DNA of 63,905 nt, the filler included, from an uncultured Rhodopirellula sp. (GTDB lineage Bacteria; Planctomycetota; Planctomycetia; Pirellulales; Pirellulaceae): assembly GCA_964007735.1 (NCBI GenBank). It is 3 parts of 3 records of this genome, joined end to end, with 100 filler letters (N's around TTAATTAATTAA, not from the genome) between each part and the next. Parts side by side here need not be neighbours in the genome. Positions count along the whole stretch, not along the records: positions 1 to 26,681 come from CAXGAI010000056.1; positions 26,782 to 53,354 come from CAXGAI010000057.1; 1 more part is not named here. One strand, given 5' to 3'. Shown here piece after piece: positions 17,637 through 27,481 of this stretch. Numbering within the stretch: position 1 is the stretch's first letter; each line of letters opens with the position of its first letter. Under the pieces are notes generated by a model. That model saw nothing but the letters and a program-made list of their open reading frames with translations. It ran no database searches and was not told the DNA's origin. The translations under genes and the position numbers were made by a program.

Positions 17637-19292
17637 TTAGTGTAACCCTGCTGATTCTTCGGGTAACTCAAGGCCTTCTGCGGAAGCGTTAATCCCTTCT
17701 TTCGCAGACTCTTTGATGTAGTCGACAATCATTTCCAGTGTGTCTTCATCGATAAACTCATTCTTGGTTCCGTCAAAGATAACGGTGGAATTCGGTTCGA
17801 TGGAATGAAGCACCTTTTTGATTTTTAACCGACTGAGGAAACTTACGTGTTTGGCTAATACCAAGCGGATGGGGTCATCACCCAATGCAACTTCGCTATC
17901 GAACACCTTAGCGGCAGTTATTAGCGGGTTCCAGACCGTCGAAAGCATCACGAAGATCAGCCCGATCACCATTCCAATGATCACTCCAAGAAGCAGGTCT
18001 GTGAAAACGATCGCCACCAAGGTCACAATAAATGGAACAAATTGTCGAGCCCCCATTTTCCATAGACTGCGGAAAAGCTTGGGGTTGGCAAGTTTCCATC
18101 CGGTCATGAGTAGAATCGCAGCCAGGCTGGTGAGTGGAATGTAGTTTAGATAGGTTGCAAAAACGGCGACTGAGAGAACCAGAAAGATACCATGGATGAT
18201 AGTCGACTTCTTCGTTTCGACTCCGACATGAATATTAACGGAGCTTCGTATGATGACGGATGTTACTGGAAGGCTACCAATCAGACCACCGACGGTGTTA
18301 CCAACCCCCTGAGCGATCAGTTCTCGGCTAGGGGGCGACGGCCTTTTCTTGGGGTCCAGTTTATCGACCGCTTCCAGATTGAGCAGGGTTTCGAGAGATG
18401 CCACAATTGCGATCGTGATCGCTGCGAGATAAACTTGAAACCCTGCCAGCACACTAAAGTCGGGGAAGACGATCCATTTTTGTGGTTCGGATGTTTTTCC
18501 GCCAGCATCCGCTGTATCAGTAGCCGCCGCTTCTGTCGCTTCCGCGGCAGAATCACCAAACAGGGATGGGACATCGACCAGGTGTTCTTTCGAAAACGCC
18601 CAGTTTTCCCCCATGCCGCTCATAACGATTTGCAGGATTACACCGAGCAAGACGACTGCTAATGCCGGAGGGAATGAGGTCTTCTTTAAAAATTGAATGC
18701 GGGGCCAGATAATCAAAAGCGCGATGCATATGATTCCGACAACCAGCGGGCCTTGTTGTATGTTCCCTTCGAAAACGGTGGCAGCGTCCTGGAGAATGCT
18801 GAACGGCTTTTCTAACTTATAAGCTGACTCGAAATCCTTAGCACCACCAAAGAAATATAAGATTTGCTTCAGGATTAGGATGGTCCCAATGGCTGCTAAT
18901 AACCCCTTGATAACACTGGAGGGGAAAAATGCAGATAAGGCGCCCGCTTTCATGCACCCCATTACGATTTGAATGATTCCGGCCAGAAATACGGCAGTTA
19001 GGAATCCCGGGAAACCTGCATCTCCCATTAAGGCAATTTGGGCTGACACAATCGCTGTCAGTCCAGCTGCCGGGCCACTAACGCTTGTGCTTGAGCCACT
19101 AATGCTACCCACTACCAGTCCACCGATGATTCCGGCTAATAGACCGGAGGCAAGAGGTGCCTCAGAAGCAAGAGCAATACCCAGACACAAAGGAAGGGCG
19201 ACTAAAAAAACAACCAGACCGGCAATAAAGTCTTTTTTAAGTTTTGCGCCTTCTGATAATTCGATATTTGGCGTTTCGAGGGTGTCGTTCAT
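17637..19292 (-). CDS. SulP/SLC26 inorganic anion (sulfate/bicarbonate) transporter with short STAS-like tail
   Basis: 'DFIAGLVVFLVALPLCLGIALAS...SVSGPAAG', 'ASLETLLN...RELIAQGVGN...LPVTSVIIRSS'; multiple TMs. Confidence 0.93.
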   Translation of the reverse strand: MNDTLETPNIELSEGAKLKKDFIAGLVVFLVALPLCLGIALASEAPLASGLLAGIIGGLVVGSISGSSTSVSGPAAGLTAIVSAQIALMGDAGFPGFLTAVFLAGIIQIVMGCMKAGALSAFFPSSVIKGLLAAIGTILILKQILYFFGGAKDFESAYKLEKPFSILQDAATVFEGNIQQGPLVVGIICIALLIIWPRIQFLKKTSFPPALAVVLLGVILQIVMSGMGENWAFSKEHLVDVPSLFGDSAAEATEAAATDTADAGGKTSEPQKWIVFPDFSVLAGFQVYLAAITIAIVASLETLLNLEAVDKLDPKKRPSPPSRELIAQGVGNTVGGLIGSLPVTSVIIRSSVNIHVGVETKKSTIIHGIFLVLSVAVFATYLNYIPLTSLAAILLMTGWKLANPKLFRSLWKMGARQFVPFIVTLVAIVFTDLLLGVIIGMVIGLIFVMLSTVWNPLITAAKVFDSEVALGDDPIRLVLAKHVSFLSRLKIKKVLHSIEPNSTVIFDGTKNEFIDEDTLEMIVDYIKESAKEGINASAEGLELPEESAGLH

Positions 19293-19390
19293 TGTACAAC
19301 CGGGAAAAATGGATTTGATTTGTAATTAACAACGGCGAGGTCAAATTGGAATTTATAAAAGGTGGTTTCGAAATTCAATATGGAATATAT

Positions 19391-19429
19391 AAAAAAACGG
19401 GGTTTCTTGTTTGCTACAAGAAACCCCGT
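19391..19429 (-). terminator. Intrinsic terminator after porin gene
   Basis: ACGGGGTTTCTTGT / ACAAGAAACCCCGT 14-bp stem followed by U7 on the minus strand. Confidence 0.85.
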
Positions 19430-19483
19430 GGTCTTTACGGCTAACACTCGATTGAAAAGGGCTTTCTTTTCCCGAGTTCTTGA

Positions 19484-20836
19484 TTAAAAGTCAACCATGA
19501 AACGAGTGCCGACCATGTCATACCTTCCGTTCGTACCCTCATTCGTGGTTACATCACCCATGATATAATTGAACTGCATACGAGCGTTTTGATTCCAGTA
19601 CCAGTTCAGGCCAAGGGTTAAGGCATCAGCCTGAAGGCCGTGGATATCTGCACCTGGTTGTGCAGCAGCGGCATTAGCCAGATTCATGACATCACTGTAG
19701 TCAGCCCAGGACCAACGTACAGCCACTTGCCAGGCACCCATGCCCTGCTCTGACTTATCACCTTCAGTGCGAACGAATGGGTTGGAAGGCTTAATGCGAT
19801 CAAGCGTACCACTACTCCGTTTCCAGGTCATGTAATCGTCGGTCAGGAAGTATGACGCATAAACGTAACCACCATGCAGGTTGGCTGTCTCCCCTCCATC
19901 AGTGTGCATCCACAGATTTTGGAATTCAGCGACTACCTGAAGTGGCCCCTTATTGCGAGCCCATTCAACCGCCAGGATCTCATAGTTGTTGGCATCATCA
20001 ATTTTACCGGAGTTAATCCAGCGACCGTCATGACGACCTTCGCCACGTTGACGGAAACGAGTTTCGGTTGAACCCCCGTCTACTGCGGCCGTTGTGGCTG
20101 AGACAGCCCAGTGAGCATAATCTCGTCCCTCGTCTGCCCAACGGTAAGTTTTAGCAAGGCGACCAGCGAATTCAAGCTGAACATGATCGTTCTTGTGCTG
20201 CCCTGAATTTTGCATCAGGTGGGTATTGTAGACCCCGTATCGCCAGTTATAGGTTTGATCTTCCGAAGTGTTGTAAGCTACTAAGCCGAAACGACGTGCA
20301 TCCGCATTGAAGGATTCGATAACGAATGGCCGTTCCATGAACACGTTGTAACGACTACTATTCAGGTGATCTAAACCGTATGGTCGTTTTTGGTTACCGA
20401 GTAGAAGTGTGCCAATCTTAGGGAGGTTCTTCCATCCCAGATAAGCGTCACGGAATTCTGATTTGTTACCACCAGCAAATTCCATTTCGATTTTGTAGTT
20501 CATGTTGGGAGCAATGTCGCCCTTCACTCCAAATCGCATCCGGCGGAAGCCGATGCGGTCTTGAGGTCCGTCTGGATTTCCCTCCAGGTCAGCGATAACC
20601 TGATCCGAGCCTGGGATGCCCCAGTAGTCAGCATGGACACGTCCACTAAGCTTTACATCGCTTTTGGATGTACCGTTGTCTACTTTGCCATTAATTAGAT
20701 CACGAAGTTCAGCGATCTCAGCAGCTTGCGAATTAAGCTGTGCCTGAACATCGCCAGGTTGATAAGCCGTTGCTAATACTGGTAATCCGATTACCAACGC
20801 AAAAGCCAAAAAGAATTTGATGTGTGTAATTTTCAC
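19484..20836 (-). CDS. OprO/OprP-family anion-selective porin
   Basis: Signal peptide, short coiled coil, 'FRRMRFGVKG', 'GNQKRPYGL...NSSRYNVFMER', 'LTLGLNWYWN...RMQFNY', C-terminal 'RFMVDF'. Confidence 0.9.
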   Translation of the reverse strand: MKITHIKFFLAFALVIGLPVLATAYQPGDVQAQLNSQAAEIAELRDLINGKVDNGTSKSDVKLSGRVHADYWGIPGSDQVIADLEGNPDGPQDRIGFRRMRFGVKGDIAPNMNYKIEMEFAGGNKSEFRDAYLGWKNLPKIGTLLLGNQKRPYGLDHLNSSRYNVFMERPFVIESFNADARRFGLVAYNTSEDQTYNWRYGVYNTHLMQNSGQHKNDHVQLEFAGRLAKTYRWADEGRDYAHWAVSATTAAVDGGSTETRFRQRGEGRHDGRWINSGKIDDANNYEILAVEWARNKGPLQVVAEFQNLWMHTDGGETANLHGGYVYASYFLTDDYMTWKRSSGTLDRIKPSNPFVRTEGDKSEQGMGAWQVAVRWSWADYSDVMNLANAAAAQPGADIHGLQADALTLGLNWYWNQNARMQFNYIMGDVTTNEGTNGRYDMVGTRFMVDF

Positions 20837-21485
20837 GACGACTTCCTTGTTCTAACGTTATTGCCTTGTATGAGATTGTGTGAGATTGTGTGGCCTCAGA
20901 ACCATTCTTCTCGTACTTAGAGTTTCGGCAGAAACCGTCGTTGGGAATTGTTAAGAATCGGAGTATTCGCGACAGCTTTCTTATGCTTACCCTTCAATAC
21001 AGTCAAATAATGACGGTTTTAATGGAAATACCGAGTTTCGAAGGCCTGGCCTGCTATCGGGACCCCAGTTCTTAACCCATTTAAACCACTTTAAAAGCAG
21101 GAAATTGACATTGTGGCGGGACCCATATGTTGGGTACTCTTCGCGTCATCACGAAAGATGAGGTGGTTTGCGATAGCGTTTTACGATTTTGAGATCGTGT
21201 TATTGCTAGCGTGTTACCTGCTTCGCTGAACTCAGGCAGTCTTAATTATCGGGTTTTAATGCCTGTTAGCACTGGAGGTTTGGGTGGTTTTTGACGATTA
21301 GCGAGATTAATCGGAGAAAACCGGTGATTATGGTTTTGCTGGTTAAAGTGAAACGACGAATTGTACGAATAAGAGTGACAGGGAGCGTTGTGTTTACGCG
21401 CGACGTTTCCATTGGCTGACAGGAAGTCAGCCGTTACTGAGCTCATATAAACGGCAGGCGTGAAAACGCCGTGGAGAAACAAGCG

Positions 21486-22844
21486 ATGATCCGAGTTTTG
21501 TCAGGGTTAACTACAGGTTTGATCTGTTCAGTCTGTTTGTTGACGACAAGCCTTGCTTTTGGACAGCAATATCCAGGTATGACTGGTGCAAACGGATATA
21601 TGAACGCCGGGGGTTATGCTCCTGGTCAGTACTATAGTGGCCAGCCAATGGCACAGCCTTATCGCGGTCAGTTAGGGCCGCAACCGGGTGTGGCACCTGC
21701 TTATATGGCGAGCCCTGCTCAGCTAATGCAGGGCTTTGGCGGTGAGCAAGTGGGCCCCGGGTCATTCCGGCGACAAGCCAATCAGCGGGTCTCAAGTCGA
21801 TTTGCCCCTGCTCCAAGGCCTCAGGGTATGAATAAAACGCCCAGGTGGTTCGATATTTCGGTTGGCGCTGTTTTTATGTCACGTCAGGGAGATGGCGTCG
21901 CCCCGAAGGCGCTTTCTACATTTGGTGTGGGTGCTTTGAATCAGAATGGGGAGCCGGTTTCTTCGATTGCTTTGTCAGCGGATGATGGTAGTTGGGGGGA
22001 TAAGGCAGGCCTGCGATTTAATGCGTTGATTCCATTGAGTAGTGGCAGTGTGCTTGAGTTTGGCTATTTGGGATTGTTAGGGCATGAGACTCGCAAGACG
22101 GTTGATGTCGTGAGTCAAATGGATCCAATGAACTCGAATCAGCCTAATCCAAACTTCGGACAGCCCGCCCTGTTTTCGGTTTTGAGTGGGTTTGGTAACT
22201 CTCCCTGGATGGGATTTGGCGAGACGGATCAGGCAGATGTTCATCGATTTGAATACGAATCAAACATGGATACAGTTGAACTCGGGTTTCGGCGGGCGTG
22301 GACAGATCCTAATTCATCATGGCAGGGATCCTGGGTTGCCGGTGTAAGGCATTTTTATGTAACGGAAGCCTTTATGTTTCATTCCCATAGCGGATCTTCG
22401 GTTCAGGGAAACCTTCAGCAACTGGATTATACCGCCGACACTGTGAACTCCATCACGGGATTTCAGCTTGGTGGTGATTTCTGGTTTGCCGGAGAAAATG
22501 GTTTGGAGATAGGGTTGTTTGGTAAAGTCGGTGTTTACGGAAATCGTATTAAGTCCGACTCCAGTTATCTTGCAACCTCGATTAATCCGGCCCATGAGGT
22601 AGACGCTGAAAAAGATCGTACCACCTTTGGTTTGGAAGCAGGTGCCACCGTGAATTGGCGACTGAGTCAAAACATTTCGTTGACCGCAGGTTATCAGGTG
22701 ATTTATCTGGATGGTGTTGCCCTGGCGTCCGATCAGTTCGCCAACGACCCTCCTTTCGTACAGCCTGTACCGCAGCAAAAGATTTATGACGATGGCCAGT
22801 TGATTTATACCGGCTTTAACGTTGGTTTTGAGTGGATGTGGTAG
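21486..22844 (+). CDS. Planctomycete outer-membrane beta-barrel (BBP7-like)
   Basis: Signal peptide, Pro/Gly/Gln-rich linker, amphipathic strands 'GFQLGGD...FGKVGVYGN...LTAGYQVIYLDGVALA', C-terminal beta-signal 'GFNVGFEWMW'. ATG 21486 preferred to GTG 21471. Confidence 0.75.
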   Translation: MIRVLSGLTTGLICSVCLLTTSLAFGQQYPGMTGANGYMNAGGYAPGQYYSGQPMAQPYRGQLGPQPGVAPAYMASPAQLMQGFGGEQVGPGSFRRQANQRVSSRFAPAPRPQGMNKTPRWFDISVGAVFMSRQGDGVAPKALSTFGVGALNQNGEPVSSIALSADDGSWGDKAGLRFNALIPLSSGSVLEFGYLGLLGHETRKTVDVVSQMDPMNSNQPNPNFGQPALFSVLSGFGNSPWMGFGETDQADVHRFEYESNMDTVELGFRRAWTDPNSSWQGSWVAGVRHFYVTEAFMFHSHSGSSVQGNLQQLDYTADTVNSITGFQLGGDFWFAGENGLEIGLFGKVGVYGNRIKSDSSYLATSINPAHEVDAEKDRTTFGLEAGATVNWRLSQNISLTAGYQVIYLDGVALASDQFANDPPFVQPVPQQKIYDDGQLIYTGFNVGFEWMW

Positions 22845-22964
22845 GCAAATCGTCCATTCAATTGACCAGGTTTTAGAAGTTAATACAGTAAATACATATC
22901 AGGTCTTAGTTAGCCTATCTTCAGAGAATGGTTGAGTGAGACAGCACAACGGCAGATTAAAAAT

Positions 22965-25900
22965 ATGTTCAAAAAAAGTGACAGATCTATGAACGTAAAA
23001 TCCAAGAAGCGTCGTGAGTTTCTCTCCGGTTTGCAATTCGAGCAGCTTGAAAAGCGTGAGTTGCTTGCTGGTGATTTGGGAGCGGCAATCGATGTCGGTG
23101 AAGGTGAAGCCGGTAGTGCTCAGATCGGTTATCCGCTGACCTCGCTTGGGGGTTCGGATTACCTATCGGGTTATTCTCTTGGTAAAACTCCGATGGCTGT
23201 CGCTACGGAGTATATCGATAGTAATGCGGCTGACTTCGGCTTGACATCGGACGACCTGAATGATTATCGGGTTCTGAGTCACTTTGTCAGTCAGCACACT
23301 CGAGTGAATCATATTGTTCTTCAGCAACAGCATGATGGGCTGGATGTGCTCGGGTCAATGATTAATATCGCAGTCGATAATGATGGTCGTGTTTTGGCTG
23401 CAGGATCTTCTTTTGTCCCGGGGCTTGGGGGTGAAGCAGGCGGAGGATTGGAAGAAGCATCACTAGTAGGGCCGGTAAACGCCTTGGCTGATACTTTTTC
23501 GTCTTTAGGTCTGACTCCAACATCTGAGATTACTATTTTGCAGCAGTCTAATGATGTCAGTCAGGAAGTGGTGATATCTGATGGCGGTGTTGCTTCGCGA
23601 CCTATCAGTGGTTCGTTGGGATATGTTTACCGTGATGGTGGTTTGGAGCCAGTGTGGGTATTTGGTATTCTCACCAATAGTCATCAAAATGCTTATACCG
23701 CTTTCGCATCGGCGGAAACGGGTGATTTTCTCTATGCTTCCGATGGTGTAAAGGCTGCAACATATCAAGCGTTTGCTATGCCTGACATGAGTCCGGAAGA
23801 CGGGTCACAGCAGACGATTACTAATAACGCGGATGCAACGACAGCCTCTCCATTTGGATGGCATGACACGAATGGGGTTCCGGGCGCCGAATTTACGGAT
23901 ACACGTGGTAACAACGTGTTTGTGCAAAGCGGGGGGCTGGATGCAATGCCCCCCAATCCATCGGGGGAGAGGGCTGATGGTGGTGATGAATTGGAATTTA
24001 ATTTTCCGTACGATCCTACGATGCCAGCCACTGACCCGGATAATATCATGGCATCCACTACCAATGCCTTTGTCACGCTAAATATTGTTCATGATGTTCT
24101 TGCGAATTACGGCTTTGATGAAGCAGCTGGTAATTTCCAGGCCACCAACTATACCGGATTGGGAGAAGATGGTGACCCGATTCTTGTAGATGTTACGGAT
24201 CCCGACCGGGTTTGTAATGCGGTGGAAATTGCCATCCCGTCGCCAGCTCCGGGCGCTTCGATTGACGGTGTCGATATTATGCTTGAGATGGGTTACTGTA
24301 ACATGACAGACCCCAGTCGTGATAGTGGACTAAGTAATGACATATTATTACATGAGTTCGGTCATGCCTTAATTGATCGTTTGGTGGCGGGTCCTAATTG
24401 GATTCAGGGTGGTTATGGTCCTACGCAATTTGGTGGGGTTCATGAAGGTGGGGCTGACTATCTCGCCTTGATGTTCGGTATGCAGGCTACTGATACTCCG
24501 GAAACGGCCAAATGGGATACCAATTGGTACATGGGTGATGAAGAGAATGGGATTAGAAGACAGCCTTATTCCTATGATATGTCGATAGGTGGACGTACTT
24601 TTGAAGATTACAACGCTGAAGATGATCCTGTAACGGGAAATCCAAATACGACCCCTCACTATTCGGGCGAAATTGTCGCCTCGATGCTGTATGACATGAC
24701 TTGGGAATTGATCTTTAAGTATGGCGGTTCGCGGGATGCGTCGGCAATGGATATTGCTTTTGAAGAGGATATAAGCCGCGCCGTTGGGAGAACAAATTCA
24801 GCAGCATCTCTTAACTTTGATATTCCGACTAGCATGCTGGGGCCGGATTTGCTTGATCTTGGAACTGGGGCCAATAATCTTGCGATGCAATTGTTTGTGG
24901 ATGGGCTGAAGTACTCGATTACAACGATCGATGGTGTGCAATTTACGTCTTTGAGGGATGGGATATTAGCGGCCGATATTGCCTTGACTGGTGGTGTTAA
25001 TCATGACGCACTTTGGCGGGCATTTGCTCGGCGAGGTCTGGGTGAAGAAGCGGATTCCGGTTTGCTTTCCGCGACAGTTCCTATTGAAACATCTTATACA
25101 TTGCCTACAACGCCAGCTCATATCGCTGGTACCGCCTTTGTGGATGGAAATGCAGATGGTGTGCGTGATACTTTTGAAGCACCATTAGCCGGTGTCAATA
25201 TCTACATGGACCTCAATGATAATGGTACGCACGAGCGTCTTGAGCCATGGATGACTACGGATGAAGATGGTAATTATTCATTTGAACTTTATGTTGGCGG
25301 TCCGTTTAGTATTAAAGCCTTACCGATGGATAATTATCTCCAGACTTTGCCAACGACCGTTCAGGTCGATGGAATGCCTGTTAATGATGGTGGGCATGAT
25401 GTTTATGTTGTCACCGGTGCTTCAGCAGCAGGCGTGGATTTTGGGTTTACTGTTTCGGATATCAATAAAGGGATTTCCGGCACGAAGTTCAACGATCTCA
25501 ACTCCAACGGTGCCCAGGATCCTGGCGAACTAGGGATTGCAGATGTTTATATTTATCTAGACTTAGACAATGACGAGCGAATCGATATCGGTGAGCCGGC
25601 AACGAAAACACTCTTGGATGGAAGTTATTACATTGACTATAACGTGCCGGGCCCAGTGATTGTGCGTGAAGTCATCGCACCAGGATTCGAGCAGACCACA
25701 CCGTCAAACAATGCTAACGAAATTATGATGGTCTCCGGAATGCCCGCTTTGAATATTGATTTCGGTAATCATGAAGTTCGTGATTATGGAGATGCTCCCG
25801 ATACCTATAACAATGATGCCCATAACAATAACAACAGTGACGCTCCCTCTCACGGGATTCTTGAAGGATTTTATCTCGGTAGCAGAGTGGATGCGGAAGT

Positions 25901-26672
25901 TGGGTCGATAGACGGAGCACAGGCAAATGGCGACGATCTCAATGGTTCTGATGACGAGGATGGTATTGCATTCGAAGACGAGGATGGTAATGAAACGAGG
26001 ATGGTTATAGGTAGCGATGACGTTACGTTGAAGATTACCGCTAATAGCGATATGGGTACCGGGCTCGTGAGTGCCTGGATCGATTTTAATCAAAATGGGA
26101 TTTTTGAAGTTGATAATCCTTACACCAAAGATGTGAAAGAATATTCAGAATTGGTCATCGATAGCCGTCCTATGACCAATGGTGACAACTATGTGCCAAT
26201 TGCGATTCCTCAAGACGCAGAACTCGGAGCCACTTATGCCCGCTTCCGATACAGTAATCAGGCGGGTATTGGTCCGACTGGTGCTGCTTTTATCGGTGAG
26301 GTGGAGGATTATAGGTTAGACGCTGATTTTGGCGGTATCATTGGTGATAAACCCCAGGCTTACCCAGATTCCTATACGACATTTGAAGGAGCTACAGGGG
26401 TTCCACTGGGGGTTCTGGAAAATGACTACGATAGTGTTTTCGGCGAGAAGTCTTTGATCCGTCCGGACGATCCGCTGGGGTATGATCCTGTATTCCCAAG
26501 TGGTCAAATAACCACCGAGCAAGGTGGAACGGCGGTGTTTAACGATACGAATGGCACGGTTTATTACACACCGGCCGCAGGTTTCTCGGGTGCAGACAAA
26601 TTCACTTATAAAATGACAGACAAACGTCTGGATGAAAATGGTCAAGAGATAGTCGACGATAATGGCTTGTAA
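22965..26672 (+). CDS. Giant M36 (fungalysin-like) metallopeptidase with LExRxLL leader, propeptide, two SdrD-B-like domains, GEVED and Ig-like domain
   Basis: 'FEQLEKRELLAGD'; 'ASPFGWHD...TRGNNV', 'GFDEAAGNFQ', 'HEFGH', 'HEGGADY', 'WRAFARRGLG'; 'GTKFNDLNSNG'; 'GEVEDY'; 'YTPAAGFSGADKFTY'. Start ambiguous (22932/22965/22989); stop is 9 nt from the contig end. Confidence 0.88.
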   Translation: MFKKSDRSMNVKSKKRREFLSGLQFEQLEKRELLAGDLGAAIDVGEGEAGSAQIGYPLTSLGGSDYLSGYSLGKTPMAVATEYIDSNAADFGLTSDDLNDYRVLSHFVSQHTRVNHIVLQQQHDGLDVLGSMINIAVDNDGRVLAAGSSFVPGLGGEAGGGLEEASLVGPVNALADTFSSLGLTPTSEITILQQSNDVSQEVVISDGGVASRPISGSLGYVYRDGGLEPVWVFGILTNSHQNAYTAFASAETGDFLYASDGVKAATYQAFAMPDMSPEDGSQQTITNNADATTASPFGWHDTNGVPGAEFTDTRGNNVFVQSGGLDAMPPNPSGERADGGDELEFNFPYDPTMPATDPDNIMASTTNAFVTLNIVHDVLANYGFDEAAGNFQATNYTGLGEDGDPILVDVTDPDRVCNAVEIAIPSPAPGASIDGVDIMLEMGYCNMTDPSRDSGLSNDILLHEFGHALIDRLVAGPNWIQGGYGPTQFGGVHEGGADYLALMFGMQATDTPETAKWDTNWYMGDEENGIRRQPYSYDMSIGGRTFEDYNAEDDPVTGNPNTTPHYSGEIVASMLYDMTWELIFKYGGSRDASAMDIAFEEDISRAVGRTNSAASLNFDIPTSMLGPDLLDLGTGANNLAMQLFVDGLKYSITTIDGVQFTSLRDGILAADIALTGGVNHDALWRAFARRGLGEEADSGLLSATVPIETSYTLPTTPAHIAGTAFVDGNADGVRDTFEAPLAGVNIYMDLNDNGTHERLEPWMTTDEDGNYSFELYVGGPFSIKALPMDNYLQTLPTTVQVDGMPVNDGGHDVYVVTGASAAGVDFGFTVSDINKGISGTKFNDLNSNGAQDPGELGIADVYIYLDLDNDERIDIGEPATKTLLDGSYYIDYNVPGPVIVREVIAPGFEQTTPSNNANEIMMVSGMPALNIDFGNHEVRDYGDAPDTYNNDAHNNNNSDAPSHGILEGFYLGSRVDAEVGSIDGAQANGDDLNGSDDEDGIAFEDEDGNETRMVIGSDDVTLKITANSDMGTGLVSAWIDFNQNGIFEVDNPYTKDVKEYSELVIDSRPMTNGDNYVPIAIPQDAELGATYARFRYSNQAGIGPTGAAFIGEVEDYRLDADFGGIIGDKPQAYPDSYTTFEGATGVPLGVLENDYDSVFGEKSLIRPDDPLGYDPVFPSGQITTEQGGTAVFNDTNGTVYYTPAAGFSGADKFTYKMTDKRLDENGQEIVDDNGL

Positions 26673-26681
26673 GTTGAAATA

Positions 26682-26781
26682 NNNNNNNNNNNNNNNNNNN
26701 NNNNNNNNNNNNNNNNNNNNNNNNNTTAATTAATTAANNNNNNNNNNNNNNNNNNNNNNNNNNNNNNNNNNNNNNNNNNNN
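26682..26781. other. Artificial contig linker
   Basis: N44-TTAATTAATTAA-N44 (stops in all six frames). Confidence 0.98.
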
Positions 26782-26783
26782 GC

Positions 26784-27431
26784 AAGGCGGGTGTGAAAGC
26801 GCTAACATCGGCATGTCGTCGTGCCGTTGATCCGGACAGGCATGTCAGTCAGATTGCCGATCAGTTTTCCAGGGCATCTTTGGAGCTTCATACTCAGATG
26901 TATGATGTGCTGAGATCCATTGGCGGACCGGCCGCGTTGAAGCATACTATTTCAGGAGCGAAGGACGAACGTGATGTTATTCAGGATGCTGCCACCAGGG
27001 TTTTAGGAGAGTGGCCCACACCGGATGTAGCACCTGAGCTCCTTGGCTTAGCGACTGCACTGGATGGTGAAAAGTATCGTATTCGAGCCATTCGAGGTTA
27101 TATTCGCGTCATCCGGCAGTTTGGTTTACCAGCAGATAAACGATTGGAAATGGCACGTCAAGCCATGAAAGTGGCTACGCGCAACCAGGAAAAAGTTCTC
27201 GTACTCCATGCATTGTTGAGATTTCGCAACGTGGATTCGATGAAAATGTCGATCGAATACCTCGAGACCCCGGGCCTCGAGCCGACCGCTGCTCAGGTGG
27301 CAATTTATATTTCTGATCAGATTACTGACGCCGCAGAAATTCGCAGGGTCATGCAGGCTATTGTGAACGCGGATGTCGGAGAGACGTACACCAGACAGGC
27401 ACAAGAAATATTGGTCAGAATCGGCCAGTGA
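26784..27431 (+). CDS. HEAT-repeat protein, C-terminal fragment (5' partial)
   Basis: Frame open to the contig edge; 'IGGPAALK...DAATRVLGEWPT...YRIRAIRGYIR' helical repeats. Confidence 0.7.
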   Translation, partial: KAGVKALTSACRRAVDPDRHVSQIADQFSRASLELHTQMYDVLRSIGGPAALKHTISGAKDERDVIQDAATRVLGEWPTPDVAPELLGLATALDGEKYRIRAIRGYIRVIRQFGLPADKRLEMARQAMKVATRNQEKVLVLHALLRFRNVDSMKMSIEYLETPGLEPTAAQVAIYISDQITDAAEIRRVMQAIVNADVGETYTRQAQEILVRIGQ

Positions 27432-27481
27432 GCATCGAGTCTGCCGATTAATCACCAGGAGGTTGTGGTTGTTATCTGCGT

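Noticed and set aside
20893..21470. Riboswitch or ncRNA in the long divergent intergenic region
   Set aside because: Only short hairpins and a TTGACA with poor -10 spacing; no family recognised by eye. An Rfam scan would settle it.
26640..26681. M36 protein lacking the C-terminal dockerin as a biological feature
   Set aside because: Stop lies 9 nt from the contig end inside an Ig-like domain, so truncation may be an assembly artefact.
26682..26781. TTAATTAATTAA palindrome in N runs (also 53355-53454)
   Set aside because: Identical artificial six-frame-stop linker; not biological. It breaks any link between the export cluster, metal island and protease operon.
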